DNA of 64,000 nucleotides. Origin: an uncultured delta proteobacterium (GTDB lineage: Bacteria; Desulfobacterota; Desulfobacteria; Desulfobacterales; SG8-13). Location: assembly GCA_963848135.1 (NCBI GenBank), contig CAWKCK010000018.1, forward strand, positions 696,938 to 760,937, given 5' to 3'. Below the pieces are notes generated by a model. The model saw only the letters and a list, made by a program, of their open reading frames with translations. It was not told where the DNA came from and did not search any database. Below are positions 1 through 10,251 of the stretch, in pieces; the first letter of the stretch is position 1; every line of letters begins with the position of its first letter. Position numbers and translations under genes: made by a program.

Positions 1-560
1 GTTCCGGCAAATCCACTTTACTGAATATTATCGGTTTACTGGATCGGCCCGATGACGGGGTTTATCTGCTGGATCGAGTGAACACGACCGAACTGAACGA
101 TGCCCGGCAGGCCTCTGTCAGACGTCACAAGATTGGGTTCGTCTTCCAGTTTTTCCATTTGGTGCCGCGTCTGACGGCGGCTGAAAACGTCGAGTTGCCG
201 TTGGTCCTGGCAGGAATCGATCCGGCTGAAAGGAAAAAACGCCTCGGCACGGCTCTTGAATCGCTGGGTATTGACGATCGGGCACGGCACCGGCCGGATC
301 AATTGTCGGGGGGGCAGCGCCAGAGAGTCGCCATCGCGCGGGCCACTATTATGCAACCCAATATCATTCTTGCGGACGAGCCAACCGGAAACCTGGATCG
401 CGCCTCCGGTACAGATGTTATCGACATCCTGGAGCAATTGAACAGCCAGGGTAAAATTTTGATCATGGTTACCCACGATCCGGCGATCGGCCAGAGGGCA
501 AAGCGTCAGATCCACATGCTCGACGGCCGGATTGGATCGGATTCAGGAGCGTCGACTTGA
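1..560 (+). CDS. ABC transporter ATP-binding protein (LolD/MacB-type), 5'-truncated by the window edge
   Basis: The frame is open from base 3 and reads SGKSTLLNIIG (Walker A), then LSGGQRQRVAIARA (signature), ILADEPTGNLD (Walker B) and VTHD (H-loop). Confidence 0.95.
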   Translation, partial: SGKSTLLNIIGLLDRPDDGVYLLDRVNTTELNDARQASVRRHKIGFVFQFFHLVPRLTAAENVELPLVLAGIDPAERKKRLGTALESLGIDDRARHRPDQLSGGQRQRVAIARATIMQPNIILADEPTGNLDRASGTDVIDILEQLNSQGKILIMVTHDPAIGQRAKRQIHMLDGRIGSDSGAST

Positions 561-1762
561 AAGCCTTAGACACCTTCCAATTCAGTTTTCGGGCCGCCTC
601 CGGGTATCCGGCACGCACCGCTCTCATTCTGCTTGCCATGGCCATCGGCGTGGGGGCGGTTATATTGCTGACGGCTCTGGGTGAAGGTGCCCGCCGCTAC
701 GTGACCCGGGAATTTACTTCTCTCGGCACCCATCTGTTGATTGTCATCCCGGGACGGTCGGAAACGACCGGCGGGCCCCCGCCCCTGCTGGGCGAAACGC
801 CACGGGATTTGACGCTCGAAGATGCTTTGGCGTTGAAGCGCAGTGCGAGCATTCGACGTGTCGCTCCAATTGCCCTGGGTAGTGCACCCGTTGTCTGGAA
901 GCAGCTTAACCGGGAAGTGACCATCATGGGTTCCACAGAAGCGCTGTATGGCATTCGGCAACTGACGATGGCTCAGGGGCGCTTTCTGCCGCCTGACAAT
1001 CCATCCCGGGGTACGGCCGTTTGTGTGCTGGGGTACAAAATTAAAAATGAACTTTTCGGCAACGGCTCACCCCTGGGCGAATGGGTGCGCATCGGCGGCC
1101 GGCGATTCCGGGTTATAGGCGTGCTGGCGCCGAAAGGGCAGAGCCTGGGATTGGACATGGGCGATATTGCCATTATTCCTGTGGCTTCGGCCCAGGCGCT
1201 TTTCAACACCTCATCCCTGTTCCGGATCATGATTCAGGCTACCGGACGGGATTCTGTTCTGTTGGCAAAAAAAGCCATCCTTAAAACGATCCGGGACCGA
1301 CATGAAGGCGAGGATGACGTGACGGTCATTACTCAGGACGCCCTGTTGAAAACGTTTGACCGAATATTCACCGCCCTGACACTGACCGTCGGCGGAATAG
1401 CGGCCATCAGCCTGGCGGTGGCGGGAATTTTGATCATGAACGTCATGATGATTTCCGTGTCCCAGCGGAAAGCTGAAATCGGCCTTCTTAAGGCCATCGG
1501 CTCTCCCAGAGACCAGATCTTGCGACTGTTTCTCTCCGAATCTGCAATATTGTCGCTCATCGGCTCTCTATTGGGTGTGCTTCTGGCACTCTTCGGTACC
1601 TGGATCAGTTTACGACTCTATCCCAACTTCCCGGTCACGATACCGTGGTGGGCATTGAGCGCCGCTATCGGGGTAGGCCTGATCACCGGGCTTGTTTTTG
1701 GTGTGCTTCCGGCCCGAAAAGCCGCCGCGTTGGAACCGGTTGAGGCGCTGTCCAGGCGTTAA
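557..1762 (+). CDS. ABC transporter permease (MacB/FtsX family)
   Basis: 401 aa with an N-terminal TM, a periplasmic core, a SVSQRKAEIGLLKAIG motif, three C-terminal TMs and a PARKAAALEPVEALS end. Overlaps the ATPase stop. Confidence 0.93.
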   Translation: MKALDTFQFSFRAASGYPARTALILLAMAIGVGAVILLTALGEGARRYVTREFTSLGTHLLIVIPGRSETTGGPPPLLGETPRDLTLEDALALKRSASIRRVAPIALGSAPVVWKQLNREVTIMGSTEALYGIRQLTMAQGRFLPPDNPSRGTAVCVLGYKIKNELFGNGSPLGEWVRIGGRRFRVIGVLAPKGQSLGLDMGDIAIIPVASAQALFNTSSLFRIMIQATGRDSVLLAKKAILKTIRDRHEGEDDVTVITQDALLKTFDRIFTALTLTVGGIAAISLAVAGILIMNVMMISVSQRKAEIGLLKAIGSPRDQILRLFLSESAILSLIGSLLGVLLALFGTWISLRLYPNFPVTIPWWALSAAIGVGLITGLVFGVLPARKAAALEPVEALSRR

Positions 1763-1774
1763 ATAGTTGAGCCA

Positions 1775-1865
1775 TCGGGGAGTTTTCGTTAATCCTGGAG
1801 CGGAAAGGGTAATCAGCGACTTCAGCGCGCAAACGCATGCATAAGGCAGCGTAACGAAAGAACAG
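1775..1865 (+). repeat. Partial (left-arm) copy of the 264-bp repeat family A
   Basis: tcggggagttttc...agcgg...aatcagcgacttcagcgcgcaaac-catgcataaggca...gaaagaacag matches the left arm of 22188-22451. Confidence 0.85.
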
Positions 1866-1990
1866 TGTTCCATTCTATACCGGAAACTGGCCAGTGCGAT
1901 TTATGAAACTGTAGGTGGGCACTAATTAGTCATCCGTCAATTGTAAGGGGTTATTCCGCTAGGATCTCATGCGGAGTAGAAAAGTACGCT

Positions 1991-3190
1991 ATGAGCTTTC
2001 GTGATCTCATCCGCTTGTCACTGGGTGCCGTTTTCAGCCATCGGTTGCGCAGTTTCCTGACGGCACTGGGAATTGCGGTGGGTATTGCGGCGGTGGTTCT
2101 TCTCACGTCCCTGGGTGAAGGCATCCACCGCTTCGTCCTGGGGGAATTCACGCAATTTGGCACCAATCTGATCGGCATTGCACCAGGGAAAACCACCACC
2201 GCCGGTATATCCGGCGCGATCATTAGTAATGTAAGACCGATGACCCTGGATGACGCGGAAGCAATGAAGCGAATCCCTGGGGTTGTGGCGGCCGTACCTG
2301 TGGTCCAGGGAAATGCTCCGGTTGAATTTGGACAAAGAAGTCGCCGAACGTATATATTCGGGGTCGGTCCGGAAGCACCAAATGTCTGGCGTTTTAACGT
2401 GGCCAAGGGCCAGTTTCTACCCAAAGACGATCCCCGATCCCCACGTGCACTTGTTGTTTTGGGGAGTAAAGTCCAGCAGGAACTCTTCGGATTCCGCACC
2501 CCCCTGGGCCAACCCGTTCGCATTGGCGGTGAAAGATACCGGGTGGTCGGCGTTATGGCATCTAAGGGACAAATGTTGGGCTTTGACCTGGATGACGCGG
2601 TATACATCCCGGCGACCCGCGCACTGTCATTGTTCAACCGTGAAAGCCTGATGGAAATCGATTTGCTGTATGCCGCGGGAACCAGCGCGAACACGGTCGC
2701 TGAGCGTGCCCGCAAGCTGCTGAGCGCCCGCCACGGCTCAGAAGACTTTACCATCACCACCCAGGAGCAGATGCTGGAAGTGCTCGGTTCGATATTGAAT
2801 ATATTGACCGTTGCCGTGGGGGCAGTGGGGGGCATATCCCTTCTTGTCGGCGGGGTCGGAATTCTGACGATCATGATCATCGCCGTCAACGAACGCACAT
2901 CGGAAGTTGGGCTGTTAAGGGCTCTTGGAGCCGAAAAGCGACAGATCCTGGCATTGTTCATCAGCGAAGCTGTCGTATTGGCTTGCGTCGGTGGACTGGC
3001 AGGCCTGATTATAGGCGCTGGCGGTGCCGGGTTGCTCCATATCGCCGTTCCGGCGTTGCCCACCCACACACCTTGGACTTATGTGGTTCTGGCCGAACTG
3101 CTGGCAGCGGTTATCGGGCTGGCAGCCGGTGTCCTGCCGGCGATACGGGCGGCCAACCTTGATCCTATTGATGCCCTAAGGGCCGAATGA
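1991..3190 (+). CDS. ABC transporter permease (MacB/FtsX family), second paralog
   Basis: 399 aa with AVNERTSEVGLLRALGA and PAIRAANLDPIDALRAE motifs. Paralogous to 557-1762. Confidence 0.93.
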   Translation: MSFRDLIRLSLGAVFSHRLRSFLTALGIAVGIAAVVLLTSLGEGIHRFVLGEFTQFGTNLIGIAPGKTTTAGISGAIISNVRPMTLDDAEAMKRIPGVVAAVPVVQGNAPVEFGQRSRRTYIFGVGPEAPNVWRFNVAKGQFLPKDDPRSPRALVVLGSKVQQELFGFRTPLGQPVRIGGERYRVVGVMASKGQMLGFDLDDAVYIPATRALSLFNRESLMEIDLLYAAGTSANTVAERARKLLSARHGSEDFTITTQEQMLEVLGSILNILTVAVGAVGGISLLVGGVGILTIMIIAVNERTSEVGLLRALGAEKRQILALFISEAVVLACVGGLAGLIIGAGGAGLLHIAVPALPTHTPWTYVVLAELLAAVIGLAAGVLPAIRAANLDPIDALRAE

Positions 3191-3193
3191 TCA

Positions 3194-3382
3194 GAAGCTA
3201 TCTCAAAGTAGTCTTTTGGCCCAAACTCTACGTTGGTTCCTCGTTTCAAGTCATAGGTATACTTCAGTATGCCTGCGGGCTGCGAACCACAGAGAAGACG
3301 CGATCAGACGGGAAGTCCCGCACAGCGGGGAAACTCGGGTCCGCCTTGACCTTGAACCACAATACTACTTTGAGATAGCTTC
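3194..3382. mobile_element. MITE-like element, 189 bp, with perfect 19-bp terminal inverted repeats
   Basis: gaagctatctcaaagtagt ... actactttgagatagcttc, with no credible ORF inside. Confidence 0.7.
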
Positions 3383-3543
3383 CATTGTGCCATATAAAAC
3401 CATTGATGGACACTCGCTAACTCGCGTATGACATGCCTATTGACATATGGCACGATAAACCACAGACATAAACCTCTACCATTTTGTTTAATATCATTTA
3501 AGGTTCACATGTAACCATCCACCCCAAGCAGACGAAAGGCACT

Positions 3544-4347
3544 ATGAAAACAATACCATTCTCCATTACCATCGAGGTGGTCCCACCGGCAGGGCCCGAT
3601 GCCAGAGCCCTTCTATCGACACTGCAAAAAACAGCGAAACTGCCTGTCGACGGCTTCAGTGTCGCCACGAATCCGGTAGCAAAACCGCGTATGAATGCAA
3701 TGGTTCTCTGTTCGCAAATTCAGCAAACCACCGGACGTCCCGCTATTCTTCATTGTACCATCCGTGATCAGAATCGTTTGAGCCTTCAGGCCATGCTTTG
3801 GGGCGCAAAGGCACTCGGAATCGAAACGGTCCTCGCCGCCACCGGAGATTTTGTTGCTCTGGATGACAAAACGACCACGACGAATGTGCGCGATGTGGAC
3901 GTTTTCGGCCTGATCGCCATGGCCCGTGAGACCGGCCTTCGCACCGGCGTCGTGCTCGACACACGACCGGAATCTAACGGCCTGAATCGGGAAATAGAGC
4001 GCCTGAAAAAAAAGCGCGATTACGGCGCCCAATTTGTCGTTACCCAACCGATTTATGACGCTGCCGGTGCCAATGAAATTTGCACGGCCACCCGTAATAT
4101 CAACCTTCCGATCGTTATGGGGATCCTGCCGCTGCGCACCCCCCGCCATGCAGAATTCCTGCACCAGAAGGTGGCCGGCATTGCCGTGCCGGAACCCGTT
4201 CGCAATCGTATGCATCAGGCCGAAGACCCCGTCGCGGCGGGAGCGGCCAACGCGCGTGAGATGCTGGCGCTGGCGCGCGAGGGATTTGCGGGGGCTTGTA
4301 TCATGCCGCCTTTTGACCACTATGAAGTGTTGGCCGATATTCTGTAA
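3544..4347 (+). CDS. Methylenetetrahydrofolate reductase-family protein (MetF-like, YitJ C-terminal type)
   Basis: ITIEVVPP, HCTIRDQNRLSLQAMLWGAKALGIETVLAATGD, KKRDYGAQFVVTQPIYD and VMGILPL motifs. Confidence 0.85.
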   Translation: MKTIPFSITIEVVPPAGPDARALLSTLQKTAKLPVDGFSVATNPVAKPRMNAMVLCSQIQQTTGRPAILHCTIRDQNRLSLQAMLWGAKALGIETVLAATGDFVALDDKTTTTNVRDVDVFGLIAMARETGLRTGVVLDTRPESNGLNREIERLKKKRDYGAQFVVTQPIYDAAGANEICTATRNINLPIVMGILPLRTPRHAEFLHQKVAGIAVPEPVRNRMHQAEDPVAAGAANAREMLALAREGFAGACIMPPFDHYEVLADIL

Positions 4348-4480
4348 TTAGTGCCCATCCACGATCTTTTGAAGGCACTTATGAGTGTCCAATTCATAAA
4401 TGTGGATTTTTCCGCTGGGCAAGGCCGCACAAGGGTTTGCCCAGCGGGACAAAGACCATTACTAGGTGGACACTAATTAG
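4345..4480. repeat. Repeat family B (REP/MITE-like), internally deleted copy
   Basis: Ends taattagtgccca / tggacactaatta. The interior (ccacgat...gtgtcc-attca-aaatg...ctgggcaaggccgcac-agggttt) matches the reverse complement of 8644-8843. Confidence 0.8.
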
Positions 4481-4516
4481 CGCGCAGTTTGAAGCAAAGC
4501 CAGGAGATTTTTCGAT

Positions 4517-4699
4517 CTAATCAGGCAGAAGATCATAGAAGTTGGGAAAAAGATCTTTATGAATGGACAAAAAGGCTTTAACGTTCGCATTCAATGTCTT
4601 CGGAAGAACGGGCAAGGCTCCAGGATATATGAGCGTGGCGGCAATGGCACTGGCCAGTGCATCGAAATCCGTATTTTTATGGGTTGTGACGATATGCAT
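4517..4699 (-). pseudogene. N-terminal remnant of a DHH/CBS-domain (tRNA nucleotidyltransferase-type) protein
   Basis: MHIVTTHKNTDFDALASAIAATLIYP is a DHH-family N-terminus, but the ORF stops after 60 aa. Confidence 0.7.
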
Positions 4700-4939
4700 T
4701 ATTCTCGATCACGAAACGATAGATGTAATAAAGACTCGCGGCCCAGCACGCCACCAAGGACGAATCCGGCAGTAAAACAAAACTGACAGCGAAAAAGTAC
4801 GGCAGCAATCCATAGAGCAACACGGCATCACGGGCAACATTACCGTCATAAATCCGCTGGGTTAACCGGTGACAGTAATACCCACCGACAAACCAGAAAA
4901 GAAACGGTCCCAGTCGCAGGGCGAACTACGCCCAGCGAT

Positions 4940-5546
4940 CTAAACACCAGACCACCCATCCCACCGGGCGGTGTCCAAATACCCCAGATCCAAATGCTGG
5001 GCATAATTCCAATAGTAACCTTCTTCGTGCAGGATTTCAGGCAAGCCGAGGTAAAAAAGCCTCAAGAGCACCGAATACGCGATCAACGCCAAACACAATA
5101 TTGGCCAGTTTTGATCACGTCGTGAATCACGGGTTGCAGGATGGAATACGTAACGGGCCGTGGCGACCGAATACACCAGACATGACACGGGTGCAGCGAT
5201 AAAAAAGGCGGCCAGATAAGAAAAGGACAATTGCCGTGCCAAGCAAGCCATGAGTCCGCTGCGAAGAAAAAGAATGGCCAGCGCAATCCACAGCCCCGAC
5301 AAAGGGCACCACCGCCGGATGCCATCGCCGCATTGTTCGTGACCGCCTTAACGGCGAAAGATACCGTGGCAGCAGCCATGAAACTGATGAATTGTGCCGT
5401 GAGGGACCCGTTTCCTGTCGGATCAACAGGAAAAACACCACCATATCGAATGTGATTCCCACCCAAAAGGTTTTGCCTGCGGATTTCTGAATCAGCATCC
5501 GAAAAGACTCTGGGTTCTGGACTGCGGGATCAGACAATGGTGCCAT
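4940..5546 (-). pseudogene. Frameshifted remnant of a GtrA-domain / PMT(GT39)-family glycosyltransferase
   Basis: GtrA-like pieces lie in different frames (DMVVFFLL, AQFISFMAAATVSF, LFLRSGL). LRLFYLGLPEILHEEGYYWNYAQHLDLGYLD breaks where HPP is expected. Confidence 0.7.
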
Positions 5547-5857
5547 CGTGCGGCTTAAACCAGTGGAATTTTGACATTCGTCAGAACCGTTCTCAAAAGA
5601 TTGCGGACTGGGTAAACCGGTCGAAACCTGTCGCTCTCCTTGCCAGTCCGCTTATCACGAAATACATAAAAAATTTTCTAAAATTAACACGTTAGACTGA
5701 AAAAATCTATGTTGACAAAAAGGCCTCTGCATTGTAGTTACCCCCAAACACATAATTCAGGTAATGTTTTCAAATCGTTATGTTAAAAACCGATGCTCGG
5801 CCCGTTTTTTCACCCTATCCGCACCAAACGACAGCGCTTCCTATAATATCCTCCTAA

Positions 5858-7558
5858 ATGGTAAGAATGATCAAGTCCGTCCCCATAAAGACGCCCCACG
5901 CGGCTGCAGGCAGAGCGAGGGATCACGTTGCCCCCAACCGGGAACAGGCGCTGAGGAAAAGCCGTCAGCGGGACATACTCTTTCTCTCGGCATTGCTCCT
6001 TCTCTGTCTCATATTGTTTTTTTTCTTACTTGGAAACCGGCCCCTATGGGATGTCGACGAAGGCATGCACGCCGCAACTTCCAAGGACATGGTTCTCAGC
6101 GGCGACTGGATAACTCCCCAGTTCAACGGTAAAAATTTCTATGACAAACCGGTCCTTTTCAACTGGCTGGCGGCTATTTCTTTTTTGTTATTCGGATTCA
6201 CCGAGTTTGCGGCCCGGCTGCCTGCGGCCGTACTCGGCACCGGATGCGTGCTGGTAACCTATTTCCTCGGGAAACGCATGTTCAGCCCCACGGTGGGACT
6301 TCTGGGTGGCGCCATACTGGCAACCAGCATGGAATTTGTTGTCCTTTCAAGGGTCGTGGTTCACGACATCGCCTTGACCTTTTTCATCACCCTGGCGCTG
6401 TATTTTTTTTACCTGGGTTATGCAGACAAATCTCATCGAAAAACGGTATGGTTTGCTTTCTATGCCTCCCTCGGTTTTGCGGTTCTTTCCAAGGGGCCCA
6501 TCGGGGTTCTGCTTCCGGGTCTCATCATCTTCCTTTTTCTCATAATCAAACAGCGGCTGAACATTATCAGGGATATGCGACTCGGATGGGGCCTGCTCAT
6601 TTTTCTGGCAATTGCCGCTCCCTGGTACGGGCTGATCATCCTGAAGAATGAAGATTACGCTGGCTATTTTTTTATCCAACAGAACCTGGCGTATTTTTTT
6701 TCCGGTGAATCCCGCCACCCCCGTCCCTTCTATTATTATATCCCGATACTCGTGGGCGGGTTTTTTCCGTGGTTCCTATTTTTACCCACGGCCCTTTTTC
6801 GTGCGCTGCGCAAGGGACTTGGCAACCCAAACGACGGGACGTTGTTCCTGGTGCTTTGGTTCGGCGCCATCTTCCTGTTCTTTTCCACGGCCAGTTCGAA
6901 GCTTGCCACCTATATCCTGCCCCTGTTTCCGGCGATTTCCCTGCTGGTGGCTGCACTGTGGGGAGATCTTTGGATTCTGCCGTCCCAGGACGGACCCCGC
7001 AAGGGAATCCTGTATCCACTGGCGTTTTTTATGGCGGCCACCACCGTCGTAATGGTGTATATGCTCGTAAGGCCTCTTGACGCTCTTTTTGTAAATTACG
7101 GAATCGCGCCGGAACGTATCAACATCCTCGGCGGTATCATGGTTGCCTGCACCGCTCTGATCTTCTTTTTATTTCTCAGTCGGCACTATAAATCCGCATT
7201 TGCCGCCATGACCGGAATGATCGTAATCGGACTTATGATGTTCCTTGTGCTTATCGTGCCGTATATCAATCCCTACCGCTCCACAAAAGGCCTGGCCGAA
7301 ATCGTCGACCCGCTTCTTCCCCAGGATGAAAAACTGACCTTTTTTCACAGGCTGCAGGATACGACATTGTTCTATACGGACAGGAAGGCCACGATCCTCT
7401 GGGGGAAAAAGTCTATTGTGGATTTTCTTGCCTCTGATAAAAGGGTTTTTTGTGTCATGGAAAAAAAATATTTCGATGATCTCAAGACCGACCTTCCAGG
7501 CGTAAACGTTTGGGCCCAGGAAGGCGACAAGTTTTTGATATCGAACACTAAACCGTAA
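5858..7558 (+). CDS. ArnT-like glycosyltransferase (GT83/PMT superfamily), probable lipid A modification
   Basis: LWDVDEGMHA, GDWITPQFNG, YDKPVLFNW, FAARLP, LSKGPIG, HPRPFYYY and SKLATYILP motifs in a multi-TM protein. Confidence 0.9.
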   Translation: MVRMIKSVPIKTPHAAAGRARDHVAPNREQALRKSRQRDILFLSALLLLCLILFFFLLGNRPLWDVDEGMHAATSKDMVLSGDWITPQFNGKNFYDKPVLFNWLAAISFLLFGFTEFAARLPAAVLGTGCVLVTYFLGKRMFSPTVGLLGGAILATSMEFVVLSRVVVHDIALTFFITLALYFFYLGYADKSHRKTVWFAFYASLGFAVLSKGPIGVLLPGLIIFLFLIIKQRLNIIRDMRLGWGLLIFLAIAAPWYGLIILKNEDYAGYFFIQQNLAYFFSGESRHPRPFYYYIPILVGGFFPWFLFLPTALFRALRKGLGNPNDGTLFLVLWFGAIFLFFSTASSKLATYILPLFPAISLLVAALWGDLWILPSQDGPRKGILYPLAFFMAATTVVMVYMLVRPLDALFVNYGIAPERINILGGIMVACTALIFFLFLSRHYKSAFAAMTGMIVIGLMMFLVLIVPYINPYRSTKGLAEIVDPLLPQDEKLTFFHRLQDTTLFYTDRKATILWGKKSIVDFLASDKRVFCVMEKKYFDDLKTDLPGVNVWAQEGDKFLISNTKP

Positions 7559-8625
7559 TGAATCCCGTGAGCGACAGTCAACCGGATCCCAAAATAGCCA
7601 ACAATAAGTCGGCCCCTGAAAGCGGGGAGCTCCCGCCGTCACTTTGGGGCTGGCATACCATCCTGAGTCTTGCTATAACCATCGCCATATTTGCTTTTTT
7701 GGCCAGCAAACTCGATCTCGCCCGTATTTGGCACGAAGTATCACAATCAAATGTGACGCTTCTGATTCTCGGAGCACTTGCCCATTATGCCACCTACCCG
7801 CTGAGGGGGGCACGCTGGCAACGCTGTATGACCCACTTGCCGACACGATGCGGGCAAGGCAAATTCGGTCTGCTGCTCTTCTTTTACAATGCGGTGGACA
7901 ATGTGGTTCCGGCGAAGCTGGGAGATGTCTATGGTGCCCACCTGGCCCGGATTAACTGCGGGATTCGACGTTCGGCCGCCATGGGCTCACTGGTGTTTTT
8001 ACGCATGGTGGATGCCTGGATCGTGCTCGCCCTGGCCCTGCCGGCCTCGTGGCTGTTATTTTCGGCAAAATTACCCCAAGCCGTCTTTTGGGCTTTGATC
8101 GGGGGCGGCATCATTGCCGTCGCGGTCACCGCGATCATCTTGATCTTTTTCTTTTTGAAGAAGTCACTGCCCGGTTGGCTACCGGATAAAATCAAGGATA
8201 TCGTGCGCGCCTTCCAAACGGGCATGTGGCCCCGGCCGAGTGAAGCCATCCCCATAGCTGCGCTCACAATAGCGATATGGGTTCTGGAAACGCTCTGGAT
8301 ATTTTTGCTCGTGTTGGGCTTCGGCGTGACGCTCAATGGCAAGGAGGCCGTCTTTTTAACAATGATCCCGCTCCTGGCCTCCGGGTTCCCGCTGACGCCG
8401 TCCGGCGCAGGGGTCGTTGATATTACGCTCTTCAGTTGCCTGCGAGTGGTCGGTGTGACCTCGCCCCTGGCCGTATCCATAACGGTCGTCAATCGCTTCA
8501 TCGACTATTGGCTTCATATTGGATTGGGGCTTTTGGTCTGGGCACTGCGAGAGAAGCTGGGTATCCGTGCGGTGCGTGATGTGGCCGGAGCAGAGCCAAA
8601 CCCATCGGATACTGCCGATGCTTAG
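7558..8625 (+). CDS. Lysylphosphatidylglycerol-synthase TM / flippase-like protein (UPF0104)
   Basis: LRGARW, NVVPAKLGD, PLTPSGAGV and NRFIDYW motifs in a multi-TM protein. Confidence 0.85.
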   Translation: MNPVSDSQPDPKIANNKSAPESGELPPSLWGWHTILSLAITIAIFAFLASKLDLARIWHEVSQSNVTLLILGALAHYATYPLRGARWQRCMTHLPTRCGQGKFGLLLFFYNAVDNVVPAKLGDVYGAHLARINCGIRRSAAMGSLVFLRMVDAWIVLALALPASWLLFSAKLPQAVFWALIGGGIIAVAVTAIILIFFFLKKSLPGWLPDKIKDIVRAFQTGMWPRPSEAIPIAALTIAIWVLETLWIFLLVLGFGVTLNGKEAVFLTMIPLLASGFPLTPSGAGVVDITLFSCLRVVGVTSPLAVSITVVNRFIDYWLHIGLGLLVWALREKLGIRAVRDVAGAEPNPSDTADA

Positions 8626-8643
8626 GATTCACGACGGCGCGTA

Positions 8644-8843
8644 TTAACTATTGTCCGTCCATAAATGGTCCTTTTCCCTCTGTGCGGCGTTCTCCGCGGG
8701 TTTTGATCCTCAACGTAGCCATGCTACGCTTGCGGTCAAAACCCTAGTGCGGCCTTGCCCAGAGAACAAATTACTCATTTGTGAATCGGACACATACATA
8801 GGTGCCCATCGATTTTCACAACAATCGTGGATGAGCACTAACT
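8644..8843. repeat. Repeat family B (REP/MITE-like), full ~200-bp copy
   Basis: Nested inverted repeats gggttttga-c...cgtagc-cat-gctacg...g-tcaaaaccc. Similar to 4345-4480 in the opposite orientation. Confidence 0.8.
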
Positions 8844-8939
8844 AAAAGTTGATTTGGTTTTGTAGGTATCGGTATCTTGCGGATACCCTCCGGGTGTTAC
8901 CCGGTATTCGAAATATTTTATAATGAAAAGGAGCTGAAG

Positions 8940-10208
8940 ATGACCATGGATTTTTTTGGAGCCGTCCCCAGAAGATGCGTCAACCTTCCACCGGGTAGCC
9001 TGAGAACGCTGGTAAATTGCGCCGCTCGCGGTGTCGTGGAAGACGGACCCGACCTTCAGGCATTCTTTCAGGAATTTGGAAAATGGATCGGCGTCCCGCA
9101 TGTATTTGGCGCATCTTCGGGACGCACCGCCTTTCATCTGGCCCTGGAAGCGTTGGACCTCGAAAAAGGGGCTGAAATCATCTTCCCGGCGTTTACCTTC
9201 CCGGTAATGCCGATGGTGGCCAAAATGCTCGGATTTGAACCGGTTTTCTGCAATGTCGATCCGGACACTTTCAATGCCGGGGCCGCACACATCGCGGAAA
9301 AAGTTACCGACAGAACCGGTGCCATTCTCGCCACCCACCTCTTCGGACAACCCTGCCCTATTCAGGAAGTGGCCGCCCTGGCAAAGGAGCGCAACATACG
9401 CCTGATCGAAGATTGCGCCCATGCCTGCGGCGTCAGGGTCGACGGTCAACAGGTCGGGACTTTTGGAGACATCGGTGTCTTCAGTTTCGCCGAAGGTAAA
9501 AACATGCCGTGTTTTGGCGGCGGCGTCATCGTAACCGCAAACAACGATATCGCCCGGCGGGCAGAGAAAATCACGTCGCAAACGCTCGCTCCGCCCAAAG
9601 GTGAAACCATAAAAAAAGCGTTCAAGATATGGATCCAGTATCTGCTCACGCGCCCTGCCATATTCGGTCTGACCGTTTACCCGATTCTGCGTCTCAAAGG
9701 TCTGCTGGGCCAACCGTTAATGGATTCAGTCGTGGGCGATGATCTGCTTGCGTCATTCGCACGCTCAGCTCCGCGCATTAGCCGCCTGTCGAACCTGCAG
9801 GCCACGATCGGAAGACGGCAGATCGGTCGGATCGATGCGTTTAACGAGGGCGCCCGCCAAAATGCCGAAGTGCTGACGGATCATATCGGAGACGTTCCGG
9901 ATATTCAGGCCTGCCATTCCGCCGCCGGAAATCATATCTATGTTTACTACCCGCTGAAAATCGCGGCGGAAGAACGCGACCGGCTGCGGCATTTTCTGTT
10001 GAAACATCGTATCGATTCAAAAAACACCGATATGGACGATTGCTCCACGCTCAAGGTTTTCCGAGACCCGAGTCTGCCGCAAGATGACAGCAACCAGCCG
10101 ACGGCGGCCTCTATCCTTGAAATTTGCGTTTACCCGGTCATTCCGCAAAATGAAATGCGCCGGATTGGCCGGGTAATTCGAGCATGGGCCGGTTTACCGC
10201 AAAAGTAG
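8940..10208 (+). CDS. DegT/DnrJ/EryC1/StrS (ArnB-like) sugar aminotransferase
   Basis: SSGRTA, THLFGQP, IEDCAHACG and FSFAEGKNM (PLP Lys) motifs. RBS aaggag precedes ATG 8940. Confidence 0.9.
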   Translation: MTMDFFGAVPRRCVNLPPGSLRTLVNCAARGVVEDGPDLQAFFQEFGKWIGVPHVFGASSGRTAFHLALEALDLEKGAEIIFPAFTFPVMPMVAKMLGFEPVFCNVDPDTFNAGAAHIAEKVTDRTGAILATHLFGQPCPIQEVAALAKERNIRLIEDCAHACGVRVDGQQVGTFGDIGVFSFAEGKNMPCFGGGVIVTANNDIARRAEKITSQTLAPPKGETIKKAFKIWIQYLLTRPAIFGLTVYPILRLKGLLGQPLMDSVVGDDLLASFARSAPRISRLSNLQATIGRRQIGRIDAFNEGARQNAEVLTDHIGDVPDIQACHSAAGNHIYVYYPLKIAAEERDRLRHFLLKHRIDSKNTDMDDCSTLKVFRDPSLPQDDSNQPTAASILEICVYPVIPQNEMRRIGRVIRAWAGLPQK

Positions 10209-10251
10209 GTCCGGTTTCCACCGGCAGTTAAGAGTGTGAGGAATAACGCGA

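Noticed and set aside
3400..3543. SAM or cobalamin riboswitch before the MetF-like gene
   Set aside because: No S-box or B12-box consensus is recognisable.
5602..5651. c-di-GMP-I riboswitch (ggtaaaccggtcgaaa...)
   Set aside because: The GAAA stem does not close and the GACGCAAAG segment is missing. Only a gcggactgg/ccagtccgc stem remains.
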